A stretch of DNA of 64,000 nucleotides from Eledone cirrhosa (taxonomy: Eukaryota). The stretch lies in assembly GCA_964016885.1 (NCBI GenBank), contig OZ024742.1, positions 263,934,001-263,998,000 on the forward strand, given 5' to 3'. Of the stretch, positions 10,586 to 23,658 are shown one piece after another; within the stretch, counting starts at the first letter, position 1, and each line of letters begins with the position of its first letter. Position numbers and translations under genes: made by a program. The notes below the pieces were generated by a model. That model ran no database searches, had not been told where the DNA came from, and saw nothing but the letters and a program-made list of their open reading frames with translations.

Positions 10586-10785
10586 ATGTGTGTGTGCGTG
10601 TGTGTGTGCGAGAGAGAGAGAGTGAGAGAGAGAAAGAGAAAGAAAGAGAGAGAGATAGTGAAAGAGAGAAAGAGGAAGAAAGAGAGAGAGTGAAAGAGAG
10701 AAAGAGGAAGAAAGAGAGAGAGAGTGAAAGAGAGAAAGAGAAAGAAAGCGAGAGAGAGAGAGTGAGAGAGAGGGAAAGAGAGAAG
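10160..10785. repeat. Compound (GA)n/(TG)n/(GA)n microsatellite block
   Basis: Direct runs; source of spurious ORFs. Confidence 0.95.
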
Positions 10786-10942
10786 TGAAACATTGACCCC
10801 CCCCCCAATACTTTTTATCGACCTTGAATGGATTAAAGTCAAAGTTGACCTCGGCGGGATTTAAACTTAGAGAGCAGAACCGAAACGAAAACCACAAACC
10901 CTTCTATCCGACGTTCTAACCACTCTGCTGATCAACTGCCCC
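10785..10942 (-). mobile_element. tRNA-derived SINE, diverged
   Basis: TTATCGACC..AAAGTTGACCTCGGCGGGATTTAAACT matches the family at 41488-41662. Confidence 0.75.
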
Positions 10943-10954
10943 AGTAACAATAAT

Positions 10955-11612
10955 ACTGGTTCCGAGTTTAGACACGAGACCAACATTTTTCGGGGGGGTT
11001 GTAGAAAGACGATTAATTCGACCTCAGTACTTGATTGGTATTTAGTGTGTCCGTTTGTTCGCCTGTGGTGGAGGTGTTGTGGGGGTGTGGTGGAGGTGTG
11101 GTGGAGGTGTCAGAAAGACGATTAATTCGACCTCAGTACTTGACTGGTAATTAGTGTGTCCGTTAGTTCGCCTTGGTTGGTAGTCTGTCCAGGAGAAGGA
11201 TCATTCTGATTTCAAAAATGGGCTTGATGGGACTGATGGGACTCCTTAGTTATCTTGGCGACAACTTCTCAGATGGCCAACGGCTTCATCCATGTGTTGA
11301 AGGCAGATGAGCTGCAGCTTGGTAGCCAGTTTCTGACTAATGGTCGGATGAGGATTCGGGACCGACCGACCTCACTTTTTTCCGATGAGAATTATGGACA
11401 TACAACATCATGTACAGCATTAATGTTATTGTCCCTGATCCCTAAACCTCAGGATGGGAAGAGATCAGACCAGACATGACTGGTATTTTATTTCATCGCC
11501 CCAAAAGGCTGAAACACAAAGTTGACTACTTCTGGATTTGAACTCAGAACGTAAAGGAACGTTACTAAATGCCGCAAAGTATTTTGTCTGGCGCGCTTTA
11601 CCATTCTACCAA
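10955..11612 (-). mobile_element. SINE split by a ~435-bp insertion (SINE parts 10955-11040 and 11477-11612)
   Basis: TGA(T/C)TGGTATT duplicated at about 11031 and 11477; the family consensus continues across the gap. Confidence 0.6.
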
Positions 11613-12419
11613 TCTTCAATTCTCATTAGTTTTTGCAACATAGAATTACATTAGAGTTTATAAACATAGGGTTACAATATATGTGGGGCTAGACAAAGTC
11701 ATATAAAAGTGAAGGTAGGGGCAAGGACGTTATATAAGAGACATTTATTTGTTAAACATGTACAAATTCGGTATGGCTCTTTGTTTCCAAAAGTCGAGCA
11801 GACGGACCAATATGCTTTTCTTTATAGTTAAAATTTCAGTCAAGTCATCAGATAACCTTTCTTTAAATTCATATTTTGAATGCATCCCTTTCTTTTGTCA
11901 AAGGTAAATCAGTTTTCACTGTGCTTCATTCTGGATACATTTTTGGGGGGAATATTTAAACATTCAATATTAAATACTACCTTGGCGAACGATGTTTGTG
12001 TTTGTAAGTGTGCGTGTGTGCATTGTAGTAGCTATTACTGCTATTATGTTGTAAAAATTATCATTTTCGGACATGAAGATTGTGGTTATTATAATCTATG
12101 TTCTCAACTCTTTTGTTTTGATGTTTTTTTTGTGTTTGTCTTTTTCTAAAATCATTTCGATATTTTTAGGTTTATTTTGATTGAGCTACTTCCTCTTTTG
12201 TTCAAACCTCTCGCTGGACCTTCTGTTAATATTTCAGCTTTTACTTAAATATTAATAAGAAACGTCCCTTTCACACCCCCAAAAGACTTTATGTTTATCC
12301 CAATTACTGTTATAGTTTGAAAATTAATCCAAAATGAAATATTTTCCATCAAGGTAAAACCTGGTCAAAGGCCCATCGGAGCACCCGCACGCATTGAACG
12401 TCCAACTTAAATTTGAAAA

Positions 12420-12592
12420 TAATTGTTTCTACTTTAGGCACAAGACCAGCAATTTGAAGGCGAGGGGAAAGTCGATTAAATCGACACCAGTACATTACTG
12501 GTGCTTAATTTCCTCAACCCCGTAAGGATGAAAGGCAAAGCTAACCTCAGCGCGATTTGAACTCAGAACGTAAAAGACCGTAACTTTACTGC
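12420..12592 (-). mobile_element. tRNA-derived SINE
   Basis: TGTTTCTACTTTAGGCACAAG..GGATGAAAGGCAAAGCTAACCTCAGCGCGATTTGAACTCAGAACGTAAA (B box on minus strand). Confidence 0.85.
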
Positions 12593-12612
12593 CAATAATG
12601 ATAATAAATAAG

Positions 12613-13017
12613 TATGAGCGTTCCACCAGATCGTAACATCTCGATAGAGTTCGGAAAGCTCAGTAAGAATAAAGATCTATCAATTGAAATTGAGAAAATG
12701 TAGCATTTTAAAGCCTGTACAATACCAGTGATAGTTCACGCACCTGGAATGATAAAAAAAGGTATGAAAAATGCTTGGAAAGCCATCTCTGTAAGAGATA
12801 CAGAAAATAGTGCTGACTGGAACTGCCCGTGTCCCGAGAAGGGCATTATCAGTTTTAACATTTTGCAAGGACATTTACTGTTGTTTATGCCGTTGTGGCA
12901 GCATTTGTGTGACAATTGATTGTAAAATGTGTGTATTATCAAATTTTTGCCTCAGGTGCCAGGTTGACACTCGTCATGATTTGGAAAAGAAGTACAACAC
13001 TAAGGAAGTTTCAACTA
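12613..13017 (+). mobile_element. Decayed 3' fragment of a second R4/Dong-type LINE family
   Basis: Patchy translation SVPPDRNI..KLSKNKDLSIEIEKM..TIPVIVHAPGMIKK..EIQKIVLTGTARVPRRALS parallels the RLE C-terminus of 17103-18911; (TAA)n on both sides. Confidence 0.7.
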
Positions 13018-13019
13018 AT

Positions 13020-13057
<38 letters not shown>

Positions 13058-13058
<1 letters not shown>

Positions 13059-13158
13059 TGTTTCTACTTTTTGGCACAAGGCCAGCAATTAACCCAGTGT
13101 ATTACTGGTACTTTATTTTATCGACCCCGAAAGGATGAAAGGCAAAGTTAACCTCGGC
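13058..13158 (-). mobile_element. 5'-truncated SINE inside (TAA)n
   Basis: Same family as 41488-41662; (TAA)n at 13018-13057 and 13159-13183. Confidence 0.85.
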
Positions 13159-13474
13159 AATAATAATAATAATAATAATAATGATTTCTTTATTGGCCAC
13201 AAGGGCTGACATCAAGAAAAACATTACAGACGGCACAGGACGGTACGATGTGGGTTTTGTGCGTGTAAAGATTTTTATTATTTATATAAAAAAAGAAAAA
13301 AAGACAGAAACATATATATATATAAACAATAAAAATGAAAATTGAAACAATGAAAAAATTCCCCAATAGGGGGCAAACCTCTGAGGGTTACTCGTGGCGA
13401 AAACCGCACAAAAGACCATGGCCACCCTGACCACCAGGGCAAGTGCCCTCTCTCAATTTTTCTATTTCTCAAAC

Positions 13475-15660
13475 TACAGGCGTATATTCAGAGTGGTTCA
13501 CTCGGACCATTCTCGCTACATTCACCCACCTTTCAACAAACATGCTAGAAGGCAGCACTTGCCCCTCCACCCTGATTTTCCTCTTCAAGTGAATTTCGGA
13601 TTCGCCGAAGAGGAAAGTATCTGTCTTTAACCCTTTCAACCTTGTCCACCACACAATCTCTTTTGCCATGGCCACCAGGCAGATGAAAACCGCTGCCCTT
13701 CCTCCTCGAAGGAAGACGGCGAGACCATCTACACAATGGACTCAGTCGATAACCGGATTAGTCCTACACGCGACAGCAACTGTTCAACATAGCTCCACAA
13801 GTCAGCAATGCTCGGGCACTGAACGAGTGCGTGCACGACGGTTTCGTCGCTCTGCGCGCATCTTGGACAGGCTCGGCTGACGGCACTTCCGTGCCTGTAG
13901 AGTAGAGCTTATCTCGAACCGGCAACGCTCCCCGGTAGCACTGCCAGGCCAGGGATTTTTGGAAGTTATCCATAGGCCCTGGGCTGAAAGTTCTCTGGAA
14001 GAGAACAAACAGCTGATCTTCTTCGACGCCCATGATCTCTCCGAGAACGTCGTCGCACTTCCTCTCCACTAGTCCTCTATAGAACGCCGAGGTGGATGTT
14101 CCACCGATACTTGTGCCTAGCTGGCAGAGGGCAGTGAGCGCCTGGAGACATTCCAGTTTCCAAGCGCTATCCCTCGGTCTTTTCCTGACCCAGGATTGCA
14201 GCTCCGTCAAGGAGACGAGCTGTGGGAAAACGTTCCTGGCGAACGGCGACCACACCTGTTCACCGCCAAGGAAGCACCAGAGATGTCGCAGCCTCAGCGC
14301 ATGTTTGCGCATCATCAAACATGGCATGGCCAGTCTTCCACGCAACGGGTGTTGACAGCAGATGGATCGTCTGACCATGGGAGCGCGTCCCTCCCACAAA
14401 AAGCGGAAGAGGTGGTGCTCCATTTTGGTGAGAGTTGGGCCGGGACAAGGGACGACGGTGAGGCGGTAGCAGATGACGGATGCGATGTACGCATTTTCCA
14501 CCTCCGCCTGGCCTTTCAGGGACAGCTTCCTCTCGGCCCATTTCTGGGTGAGAGAGGCCACCTTGCTCATCACCTCGTTCCAGTTTTTCTCCACCTGGAA
14601 GTCCGGTCCGAACCAGACCCCGAGCAATTTAACCTGTTCGTCCGTCAAACGCCCCCACGACGCCGTCGTACGGCATGGACTTGCCTCTCCAGGTACCGAG
14701 CTGCAAGCCCACCGACTTTTCCTGGTTTATCCTTACTCCTGTCACCGCTTCATATTCCTTGAGAGCGGTGCCGAGCATCTGGACGTGTCTGGTGCTCGAC
14801 ACCACGATGGTAATGTCGTCGGCCTAAGCCGACTCGGATTTCCCGCATCCTAATTCGCGTGGGACGCCCCTCATCGCCCCCAGTTTGTGCAGTAACGGCT
14901 CGAGAGCCAATACGTACAAGAGAGACGAGAGGGGACAAACCTGCCGGACCGAGCGCATGATGCTAAACGTCTGCGACAGGTGACCGTTCACCCTCACAAC
15001 TGAGCAGATGTCGCTGTAAATCGCAGCGATCCAACCTCTGAAAACGGGCCCGAACCGGCTGCCTCGAGGACCGCCGCCAGGTACCAATGGTCGACCCTAT
15101 CGAATGCTTTGGATTGATCCAGGCCCCCCGTGCCAGGTTCCTTAACCACCCTCTCTATGATGTATCGCATGAGGTGGAGGTTGTCATGTATGGATCTGTC
15201 CGGAATGGCGCATGTCTGCGCCTCTCCCATCAGACCCTAGACGACAAGCGCCAACCTCGTCGCTAACACCTTGGCCAAAATCTTGAACTCTGCGTTTATC
15301 AGCAGCGCCACCGCTCCCAGTCTCACAAAACTAGGAATGCTCCCGTTCTGCTGCCAGTTGCAGTAGACGTCTGCCAAGAGGTCACCGAACAAGTCTTGCA
15401 TAAATGCATAAAGCTCGTAGGAGAGACCATCCAAACCTGGCGATTTACTCCTCCTACAGTTAGCCATCGTTCCCCGTATTTCACCGGTTGTTATTGGCTT
15501 TTCGCAACACTGTGCTGCGGTATTTGAGAGCTGAGGCAGTCCATCGAGGTATGCACTGAAGTCCATACCCGATCCAGCCCGCCGCTGCTCCCGAACAGTT
15601 CAGCAAAGTGCTGCTGAAAGGCTTCACACATCTGCTCGGGTTCAAGCAACACGCACCCGT
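13475..15660 (-). pseudogene. B1 ORF2 remnant (RT and C-terminus; endonuclease deleted; frameshifts)
   Basis: KSPGLDGLSYE, DQSKAFDRVDH, RQVCPLSS and GPMDNFQKSLAWQC fall in separate frames. Confidence 0.9.
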
Positions 15661-15665
15661 TTTAG

Positions 15666-16794
15666 GTGGGTTCCTTCGCCACAAACGACACACCTAGCCC
15701 TTCTACCCTCAACAATTACGGTGAGGTGGCTGCCGTCATTGAGGTCCATCACCTCTGGAACCTCCTCAATGTTTTTTGGTCCGCTTGGATCAGGAGCTCC
15801 ATCCCAGATCCGGACCAATTCTGGTGCTTTTCTTTTGTTACGTCAATTATTTTCGTGTTAGCCTCAATGCTGGCGAGGACGGCAGCCATTAGCCAGGAAA
15901 TTTCGATGGCCGGCGGAACGTGGGGCACCCTTTCCTTCCCGAGTCTCTGACCACAATAGCTTGGGACGAGTCTGAACTCGTCACTTCTTAATGGGGACAC
16001 GGAGTACTCTCTGGCTTCCTGTGGGGTTCCAAAGAACACGTCCACGGTTCTATATTTCTGCCAACGTCTGATGTGAGTTTTTTTCGCCCACACATGTCCC
16101 AAAGCTTTTTGTATCTGGGACACGGATGCCCGTTCCACTCGGCGTGATTTTGTGTTTATCGTCCGATATGACACGGTGCATAGGCGCCGATGCTCCATTT
16201 TATTAGGGGAGGGGGGGGGGTGAGACTGACCATGTACCTATCTTTTTTTATTATTCTCTTGGCTTCATTTAATTCAGCCTTGCTTACCTCGATTGTTTCG
16301 CTTTTCTTGGCTGCTTTGGCAAACGACACATTTTGTTGTGTGTTGGTGTTGATGTTGTTGTTATTCTCATTGTTGTTGTTGTTGCTGTTGTTGTTGTTAT
16401 TGTTATTTTTGTTATTGTTATTTTTAGTTTCAGTTGTTGTGGATGTGGTGGTGGTGTCAGTGGTGTTCGGCATGGAAGAGTCGATTCTGGGAGAATCTAT
16501 TTCGATGCCACGAGATAATAATTTATTATTTTTGGTTTCTGTTGTCGCTGTGGTGGTGGTGGTGGTATCAGTGGTGTTCGTTGTTCTTTTTGACATTGTG
16601 GTGGTGGGGGTGGCGGCTTTAACACCTGCAGGTATTGGTAATAGCGGGAAATCCATGTCTTTATGCGGCAAATCTAAATAATTGAGACTGCTATTAATTA
16701 TATTTTCAGTGTTAGCAACCGTGGCAAGGCTTACAATGGCGGTGGTGGGGGAGGAGGATGTTGGTCTGTTAAAAACAGGAGATTTGTCATCCAT
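15666..16794 (-). pseudogene. B1 ORF1 remnant
   Basis: MEHRRLCTVSYRTIN.. is homologous to 27846-28847; poly-Asn/Thr N-terminus as in family A ORF1. Confidence 0.8.
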
Positions 16795-17008
16795 GTTTTT
16801 TTTCAAAGAAATATTTTGTTTGATCAATAAAAGTTTAAATGTTGGGCTTAAGGCCCCTATATTTTTGAATGTCCTTTTCAGAAAACAATATATGTGAACT
16901 TATAAACACATAACAATAAAAAATTTCCATAACTAGCAATTTGAAACAACTGAAAACAACAAACCTTTGTGGAGCTCACGATAATAGGATTTCCTACGTA
17001 GGTCGCCA

Positions 17009-17069
<61 letters not shown>

Positions 17070-17071
<2 letters not shown>

Positions 17072-18911
17072 CCGAAAGAAGTCACGTGGTACAAAGGACC
17101 AGTTGCTTATTGATAAGATGGTAATGGGGAATTGCAGGAGGAGACACACTGATCTTGCCATGGGATGGATAGACTACAGAAAGGCATTTGACATGGTGCC
17201 TCATTCCTGGTTCACCAAAAGCCTGGAGATCTTCAGGGTGGCAGATAACATCAGACAGTTGCTGGGCAGGAGTATGGAGTCCTGGGAGACAGAGTTGACA
17301 TCAACTGGAGTATCCTTGGGAAGCGTGAAGATCAAGAGAGGTATCTTCCAGGGAGATAGCCTGTCCCCTCTGTTGTTTGTCCTTGCCCTGATGCCCTTGA
17401 CCATTATGCTGCGAAAAGTGAGAGCAGGATACAAGTTGGGAAGGGGAGAGCTTACCATCAATCACCTCCTCTTCATGGACGATCTTAAGCTCTTCGGGAA
17501 AAGTGAGAAGGAGTTGGATGTGCTTGTTGACACTGTCCGTATTTTCAGCAGTGATATATGTATGCAGTTTGGTATTGGTAAATGTGGAGTCATTGTGATG
17601 AAGAGGGGTAGGTTGAGCAGAAGTAACGGGATCCAGATACCAACAGGTGAGATGATAAAGGAAATTGACTTTGAGGAAGGATACAAGTATTTGGGCGTTC
17701 TGGAGGCTGATGGCATAAAGAACAAAAAAATGAAGGAATTGTTAAGAACTGAATACATTCGGAGAGTAAGGAGCGTATTGAAGTCACATCTGAACAGCAG
17801 AAATGCCATAAGCGCAGTAAATTCCCGAGCTGTGTCTATTATTAGGTACAGTGCGGGAATTCTGAGATGGAATGTTGCTGAACAAAAAGAAATGGATAGG
17901 AAGACTAGGAAGCTATTGACTATCTACAACATGTTCCACAAGAGGAGTGATGTCGATAGACTCTACCTAAGGAGATCTGAGGGTGGAAGAGGTCTTATCA
18001 GCATAGAGGACTGTGTTCAGATGGAGAAAAACAACCTATACAAATACGTGACCTATAGTAAGGAGCCAATGCTCAGAACTGTACTGAAGGAGGGGACAGT
18101 AGGCCAGGGGATGTCCAAGGAGGAAATAACATCAAGGAGGAAGAGCAGCCTTAAGGGAAAATCCCTTCATAGTACCTTCTTTGAGAAAACTAAATTTAGA
18201 GATCCACAGACATGGAACTGGTTGAGAAGAGGAGACCTCAAAAAGGCTACAGAAGGAATGCTAATGGCTGCGCAGGAGCAGGCCCTCAAAACGAAGTGGT
18301 TGAAGCACCATATCTACAAGGAGGAGGCTAGCCCACTGTGCAGGATCTGTGGAGAGAGAGAGGAGACTGTGGCTCACATTGTGTCCGAGTGTAAACACCT
18401 AGCCCAGACCCACTATAAGGGCTGGAGACACGATGTGATGGGCAGGGTGATCCACTGGCACCTGTGCAAAGTAAACAATCTACCACATTCTGAGAAATGG
18501 TATGAGCATAGGCCAGAGGCGGTGATGGAGAACAGTCAGGTGAAGGTGCTGTGGGATTTTAGGATACAGACGGACAAAAAACTGGAACACAATAGACCTG
18601 ACCTGGTGGTTGTGGACAAAGAAAAAAGATCGTGCCTGATTGTGGATGTGGCCTGCCCGTTCGACACGAGAGTGCAAGAGAAGGAGAGGGAGAAAATTAA
18701 CCGATACCAGGACCTAAAGTGGGAGGTGAAAAGGATTTGGAACTGCCATGAAGTCAAAGTGATCCCGATTGTCATAGGCGCACTGGGGACTATCTCCAAA
18801 GGTTTCCAGGGATGGTTAAAGAAAATCGGCCCCTTCACGCTTTTTGGAACGCTTCAAAAGGCATGCTTGCTTGGAACAGCAAGAACCCTCCGATACGTCC
18901 TGAATATCTGA
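17070..18911 (+). CDS. RT (partial) + CCHC finger + restriction-like endonuclease, open frame
   Basis: [75 protein letters not shown]. Confidence 0.9.
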
Positions 18912-18985
18912 GGCTGCAGGTAGTGGCTTGATATTCAATCCAACGGACTTTCCAGTTAACCAACATCAATGACTGAGATTCAAGG
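17070..18985 (+). mobile_element. R4/Dong-clade RLE LINE, copy D1 (5'-truncated), (TAA)n on both sides
   Basis: Homologous to 21680-23593; (TAA)n at 17008-17069 and 18986-19033. Confidence 0.9.
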
Positions 18986-18997
18986 AATAACAATAAC

Positions 18998-19033
<36 letters not shown>

Positions 19034-19034
<1 letters not shown>

Positions 19035-19076
19035 TTTTCTTTATTAACCACAAGGGTTTACATAAAGTAGACATTA
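19034..19076 (-). mobile_element. 43-bp extreme 3' end of Tx1 family B (copy B4)
   Basis: GTTTTCTTTATTAACCACAAGGGTTTACATAAAGTAGACATTAA is identical to 23658-23700. Confidence 0.85.
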
Positions 19077-19979
19077 ATAATAGGGAATAAGACGCACATG
19101 GTGGATAGAAGGTCGTGAAATCGCTCCCGTATGTTTTGATTTTTAACATAATTAAATCAATTGTGAAATAACAATTCTTAGTACAAATGATACATAAAGC
19201 ATCCGGCTTAAGTCTCAGAAAAATTCGGATCCATAATATATTGTTATATCGCTCAAATATTCAATTTTGTATTATACATTTTATATTCAAAAAAGAAAAT
19301 GGTTATAAATGGAAGAAAACCCCTCTGTCTACACTATATAGAACAGCCAAATAACAGCAATTTCACCAACACCAGAAACTAGATACACCACCAACCCAAT
19401 CACCCCATCACCCCTCTGTGTACACTAAATACAACAGCCAGATAACGGCAATTTCACCACCACCACCACCAATCTCAGCATAATAATTATAATTACTATT
19501 ATTATTGTCTCAAGTTTTAACAAAATGTTTAATTCCAATATTAAGAAAAATATGTCAACACATATACGCGACTCACCCCATAGATTCACCGATCAAACAA
19601 AAATACAGTCTATTCAACAAAACTCAGTAACGACAACGCCACCACTACAGTCACCGCCGCCGCCACCCAACCATCATTACTACCACTATCCCATCACCGC
19701 CGCCACCACTCCTTCATTGCTACCACCGCTATCCCCCCATTACCTTCTGTTAACTTACGAAAGGGGAAGGTGGCGGTATCACTAGACAATATTAATAAAC
19801 AAGATTAATATTTAATTTTGGATCAGGAATGTTAGAGCCGAAAAGGAGAAAAATGACAAAATGACTAAATAACTAAAGATAATTTCACCACCAACACCAC
19901 CACCACTACCATGATGAAAACTCTGGTCAAGTTTTTTGGTTTCTTTTTGCCTGTTTGTTTGTTTGTTTATTTATGTTCG

Positions 19980-22900
19980 TCTACAGCGTGATAATGCCAC
20001 ACAAAAATCACGTGGAGTGACGAAACCACCGGAGGTGATGAAATCACCGGTGGTTATGTAACCATACATTCGCCAATCCTCGATAAGAGTGTCTAAATGT
20101 CGAACCTAAACAGTTCGAATAACGGTGAAATGGAGACTAGAATGTCATGTGACAGACTCTCACCCAACAGGTGCTCCCTGGCTCAGCAGCAGGGACCTGG
20201 CTGTCAACCAAATACTGCTGGTGTCGGAGGAAGAAGAAGAAGGAAAGGGACAAGAACCAACTGGACGAAAGAATTGAATAGAACTGTTATGCAATGTTAC
20301 CTGAAGAGTAAACCCAAGGAGAAAGGCTATAGAAAACAGATGCATAACATCTGGAACGAGATTGGTCTATTTAAATTAGATGAACAAAAATTGGCCGGGC
20401 AGGCTCGGGTAATAAGAACTAATGGGTGGATAAGCGAACTGGAAATGGAGGAACTGAGCAGAGAGATTAGCTTGGAAATGGAGAGTGGAGTATGCCAGGC
20501 AAACGAGCCAGTGGGAAATGAAGGTGAAGAGGTCGAGAGAACGGAGGAACCACCCGAAGCAGACAATGATCTGAATGCTGAAATAAACAATACCTGGAAC
20601 AGAGATACGGCCACTGAGGAGATGAATGCTGACGGGCTAGGACAAGATTTGGTTGATATCCTAAACTTAGTGGTAGATGAATTGAACAATGATAGTAGGA
20701 GACCTATGAACCTAAGATTTGTAGACAGGAAAAAGTTAAGAGAAACAACAGCTAAGGTAAACAAAGTCATCCCATACCTTGAGGCGAGAAGCCTTCACCA
20801 GTGCAACAGTATCCTCAAAGCAACAGCAAATACGGTGAGGAAACTACTTGGTATAAAAGCGAGAGGAAACAACAGACAAGAAAGAGCAGAGCCTTGGTGG
20901 AAGAAACGACTGAGTGGTCAAATCAGGGAAATGAGAAATGACATTGGAAAGCTTGAGTCCCTACTGAATGGGACACTAAAAAACATAGACACTAAAAATA
21001 GACTGGAAATAAAGTACAAAACTAGGAGGAAAAAGCTAAATATTATCATAGAGGAACTGAAGCAACGCATTGTAGCAAAGAGTGCAAAAATCAGGCGATA
21101 CGAGAACAGAGTCAGTCAGTATAGACAGAACCGCATGTTCGACAACAACCAGAAGATGCTGTTTGGACAGCTTGAAGGGAAAGAAAGAGGCAACGACTTG
21201 ATCCCTGAGGCGGAACAAACTAAAATATTCTGGAGAGGAATATGGGAGCAGGATGTTAAACATAATGACCAGGCAGTGTGGATTGAGACAGTACAGAAGG
21301 AGATTAGTGAACAGGCACACCAACAAACTGATTTGAGTATCACAGTTGAAACTCTTAAGGGGAAGGCCAAAAAACTAACCAACTGGAAATCACCAGGCCC
21401 AGATGGTGTGCAGGGGTATTGGATTAAAAATATAACACCCCTCCACCCGAAACTGACAACCATGTTCAATGACTGCTTGATGTCAGGTGAGGTACCAGAG
21501 TGGTTGACAAAAGGTACCACAGTTCTGGTAATGAAAGACCGAATCAAGGGTAATGATGTTACCAACTATAGACCTATCACATGCCTGACCGTAATGTGGA
21601 AACTGTTGACAAGCATTATGTCTGAGGAAATCTACCATCACCTCCACACAAACAACTTGTTAACGGACGAACAGAAAGGATGCCGAAAGAAGTCACGTGG
21701 TACAAAGGACCAGCTACTTATTGATAAGATGGTAATGAGGAATTGCAAGAGGAGACACACTGGTCTTGCCATGGGATGGATAGACTACAAAAAGGCATTT
21801 GACATGGTGCCTCATTCTTGGATCACCAAAAGCCTGGAGATTTCAGGGTGGCAGATAACATCAGACTGTTGTTTGGCAAAAGTATGACGCCCTGGGAAAC
21901 AGAGTTAACATCAACTGGAGAATCCTTGGGAAGCGTGAAGATCAAGAGAGGTATCTTCCAGGGAGATAGTCTGTCCCCTCTGTTGTTTGTCCTTGCCCTG
22001 ATGCCCCTGACCAGTGTACTGCGAAAAGTGAGTGCAGGATACAGGTTGGGAAAGGGAGGGCTTACCATCAATCACCTCCTCTTCTTGGAAGATCTTAAGC
22101 TCTTCGGGAAGAGTGAGAATGAGTTGGATGTGCTTGTTGACACTGTCCGTATTTTCAGCAATGATATATGTATGCAATTTGGTATCAGTAAGTGTGGAGT
22201 CATTGTAATGAAGAGGGGTAAGTTGAGCAGAAGTAACGGAATCCAGGTGCCAACAGGTGAGATGATAAAGGAAATTGACACTGAAGAAAGATACATGTAT
22301 TTGGGCGTTCTGGACGCTGATGACATCAAGAACAAAAAATGAAGTAATTGATAAGAACTGAATACATTCGGAGAGTAAGGAGCGTATTAAAGTCACATCT
22401 GAACAGTAGGAATGCCATAAGTGCAGTAAATTCCCGAGCTGTGTCTATTATTAGGTTCAGTGCGGGAATTCTGAGATGGAATGTTGCTGAACAAAAAGAA
22501 ATGGATAGGAAGACTAGGAAGCTATTGACTATCTACAACATGTTCCACAAGAGGAGTGATGTCGATAGACTCTACTTAAGGAGATCTGAAGGTGGATGAG
22601 GTCTTATTGGCATAGAGGACTGTGTTCAGATGGAGAAAAACAACCTACACAAATACGTGACTGATAGTAAGGAGCCAATGCTCAGAACTGTACTGAAGGA
22701 GGGGACAATAGGCCAGGGGATGTCCAAGGAGGAAATAACATCAAGGAGAAAGAGCAGCCTTCAGGAAAAATCCCTGCATAGTACCTTCTTTGAGAAAACT
22801 GAATTTAGAGATCCACAGACATGGAACTGGTTGAAAAGAGGAGACCTTAAAAAGGCTACAGAAGGAATGTTAATGGCCGCGCAGGAGCAGGCCCTCAAAA

Positions 22901-23593
22901 CGAAGTGGTTGAAACACCATATTTACAAGGAGGAGGCTAGCCCACTGTGCAGGATCTGTGGAGAGAGAGAGGAGACTGTGGCTCACATTGTATCCGAGTG
23001 TAAACACCTAGCCCAGACTCGCTATAAGGGCTGGAGACATGATGTGATGGGCAGGGTGATCCACTGGCACCTATGCAAAGTAAACAATTTACCACATTCT
23101 GAGAAGTGGTATGAGCATAAGCCAGAGTCGGTGATAGAAAACGATCAGGTGAAGGTGCTGTGGGATTTTAGGATACAGACGGACAAGAAACTGGAACACA
23201 ATAGACCTGACCTGGTGGTTGTGAACAAAGAAAAAAGATCGTGCCTGATTGTGGACGTGGCCTGCCCATTCGACACGAGAGTGCAAGAGGAGAGGGAGAA
23301 AATTAACCGATACCAGGACTTAAAGTGGGATGTAAAAAGGATTTGGAACTGCCATGAAGTGAAAGTGATCCCGATTGTCATAGGCGCACTAGGGACTATC
23401 TCAAAAAGTTTCCAGGGATGGTTAAAGAAAATTGGCCCCTTCACGCTTTTTGGAACGCTTCAAAAGGCATGCTTGCTGGGAACAGCAAGAACCCTCCGAT
23501 ACGTCCTGAATATCTGAGGCTGCTGGTAGTGGCTTGATATTCATTTCAACAAACTTTCCAGTTAACTAACATCAATGACTGAGACTCAAAGAG
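19980..23593 (+). mobile_element. R4/Dong-clade RLE LINE, copy D2 (near full length, inactivated)
   Basis: Single long reading frame broken by frameshifts and stops; (TAA)n tail 23594-23657; 5' boundary approximate. Confidence 0.9.
20097..23517 (+). pseudogene. Dong ORF (N-terminal domain, RT, CCHC, RLE) with frameshifts near 21840 and 22340, stop at 22597, and FMDD changed to FLED
   Basis: NWKSPGPDGVQGYWIK, NYRPITCL, EQKGCRK; comparison with D1. Confidence 0.9.
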
Positions 23594-23600
23594 TAATAAC

Positions 23601-23658
<58 letters not shown>

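Larger units (their letters stand above)
13184..17007 (-). mobile_element. L1/Tx1-clade family B, copy B1 (both ends present, ~2.1-kb internal deletion, decayed)
   Basis: 5' end GGCGACCTACGTAG shared with B2; 3' end ..GCCAATAAAGAAATC(ATT)n; ORF1 knuckle region joined to ORF2 at about 15661. Confidence 0.9.
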
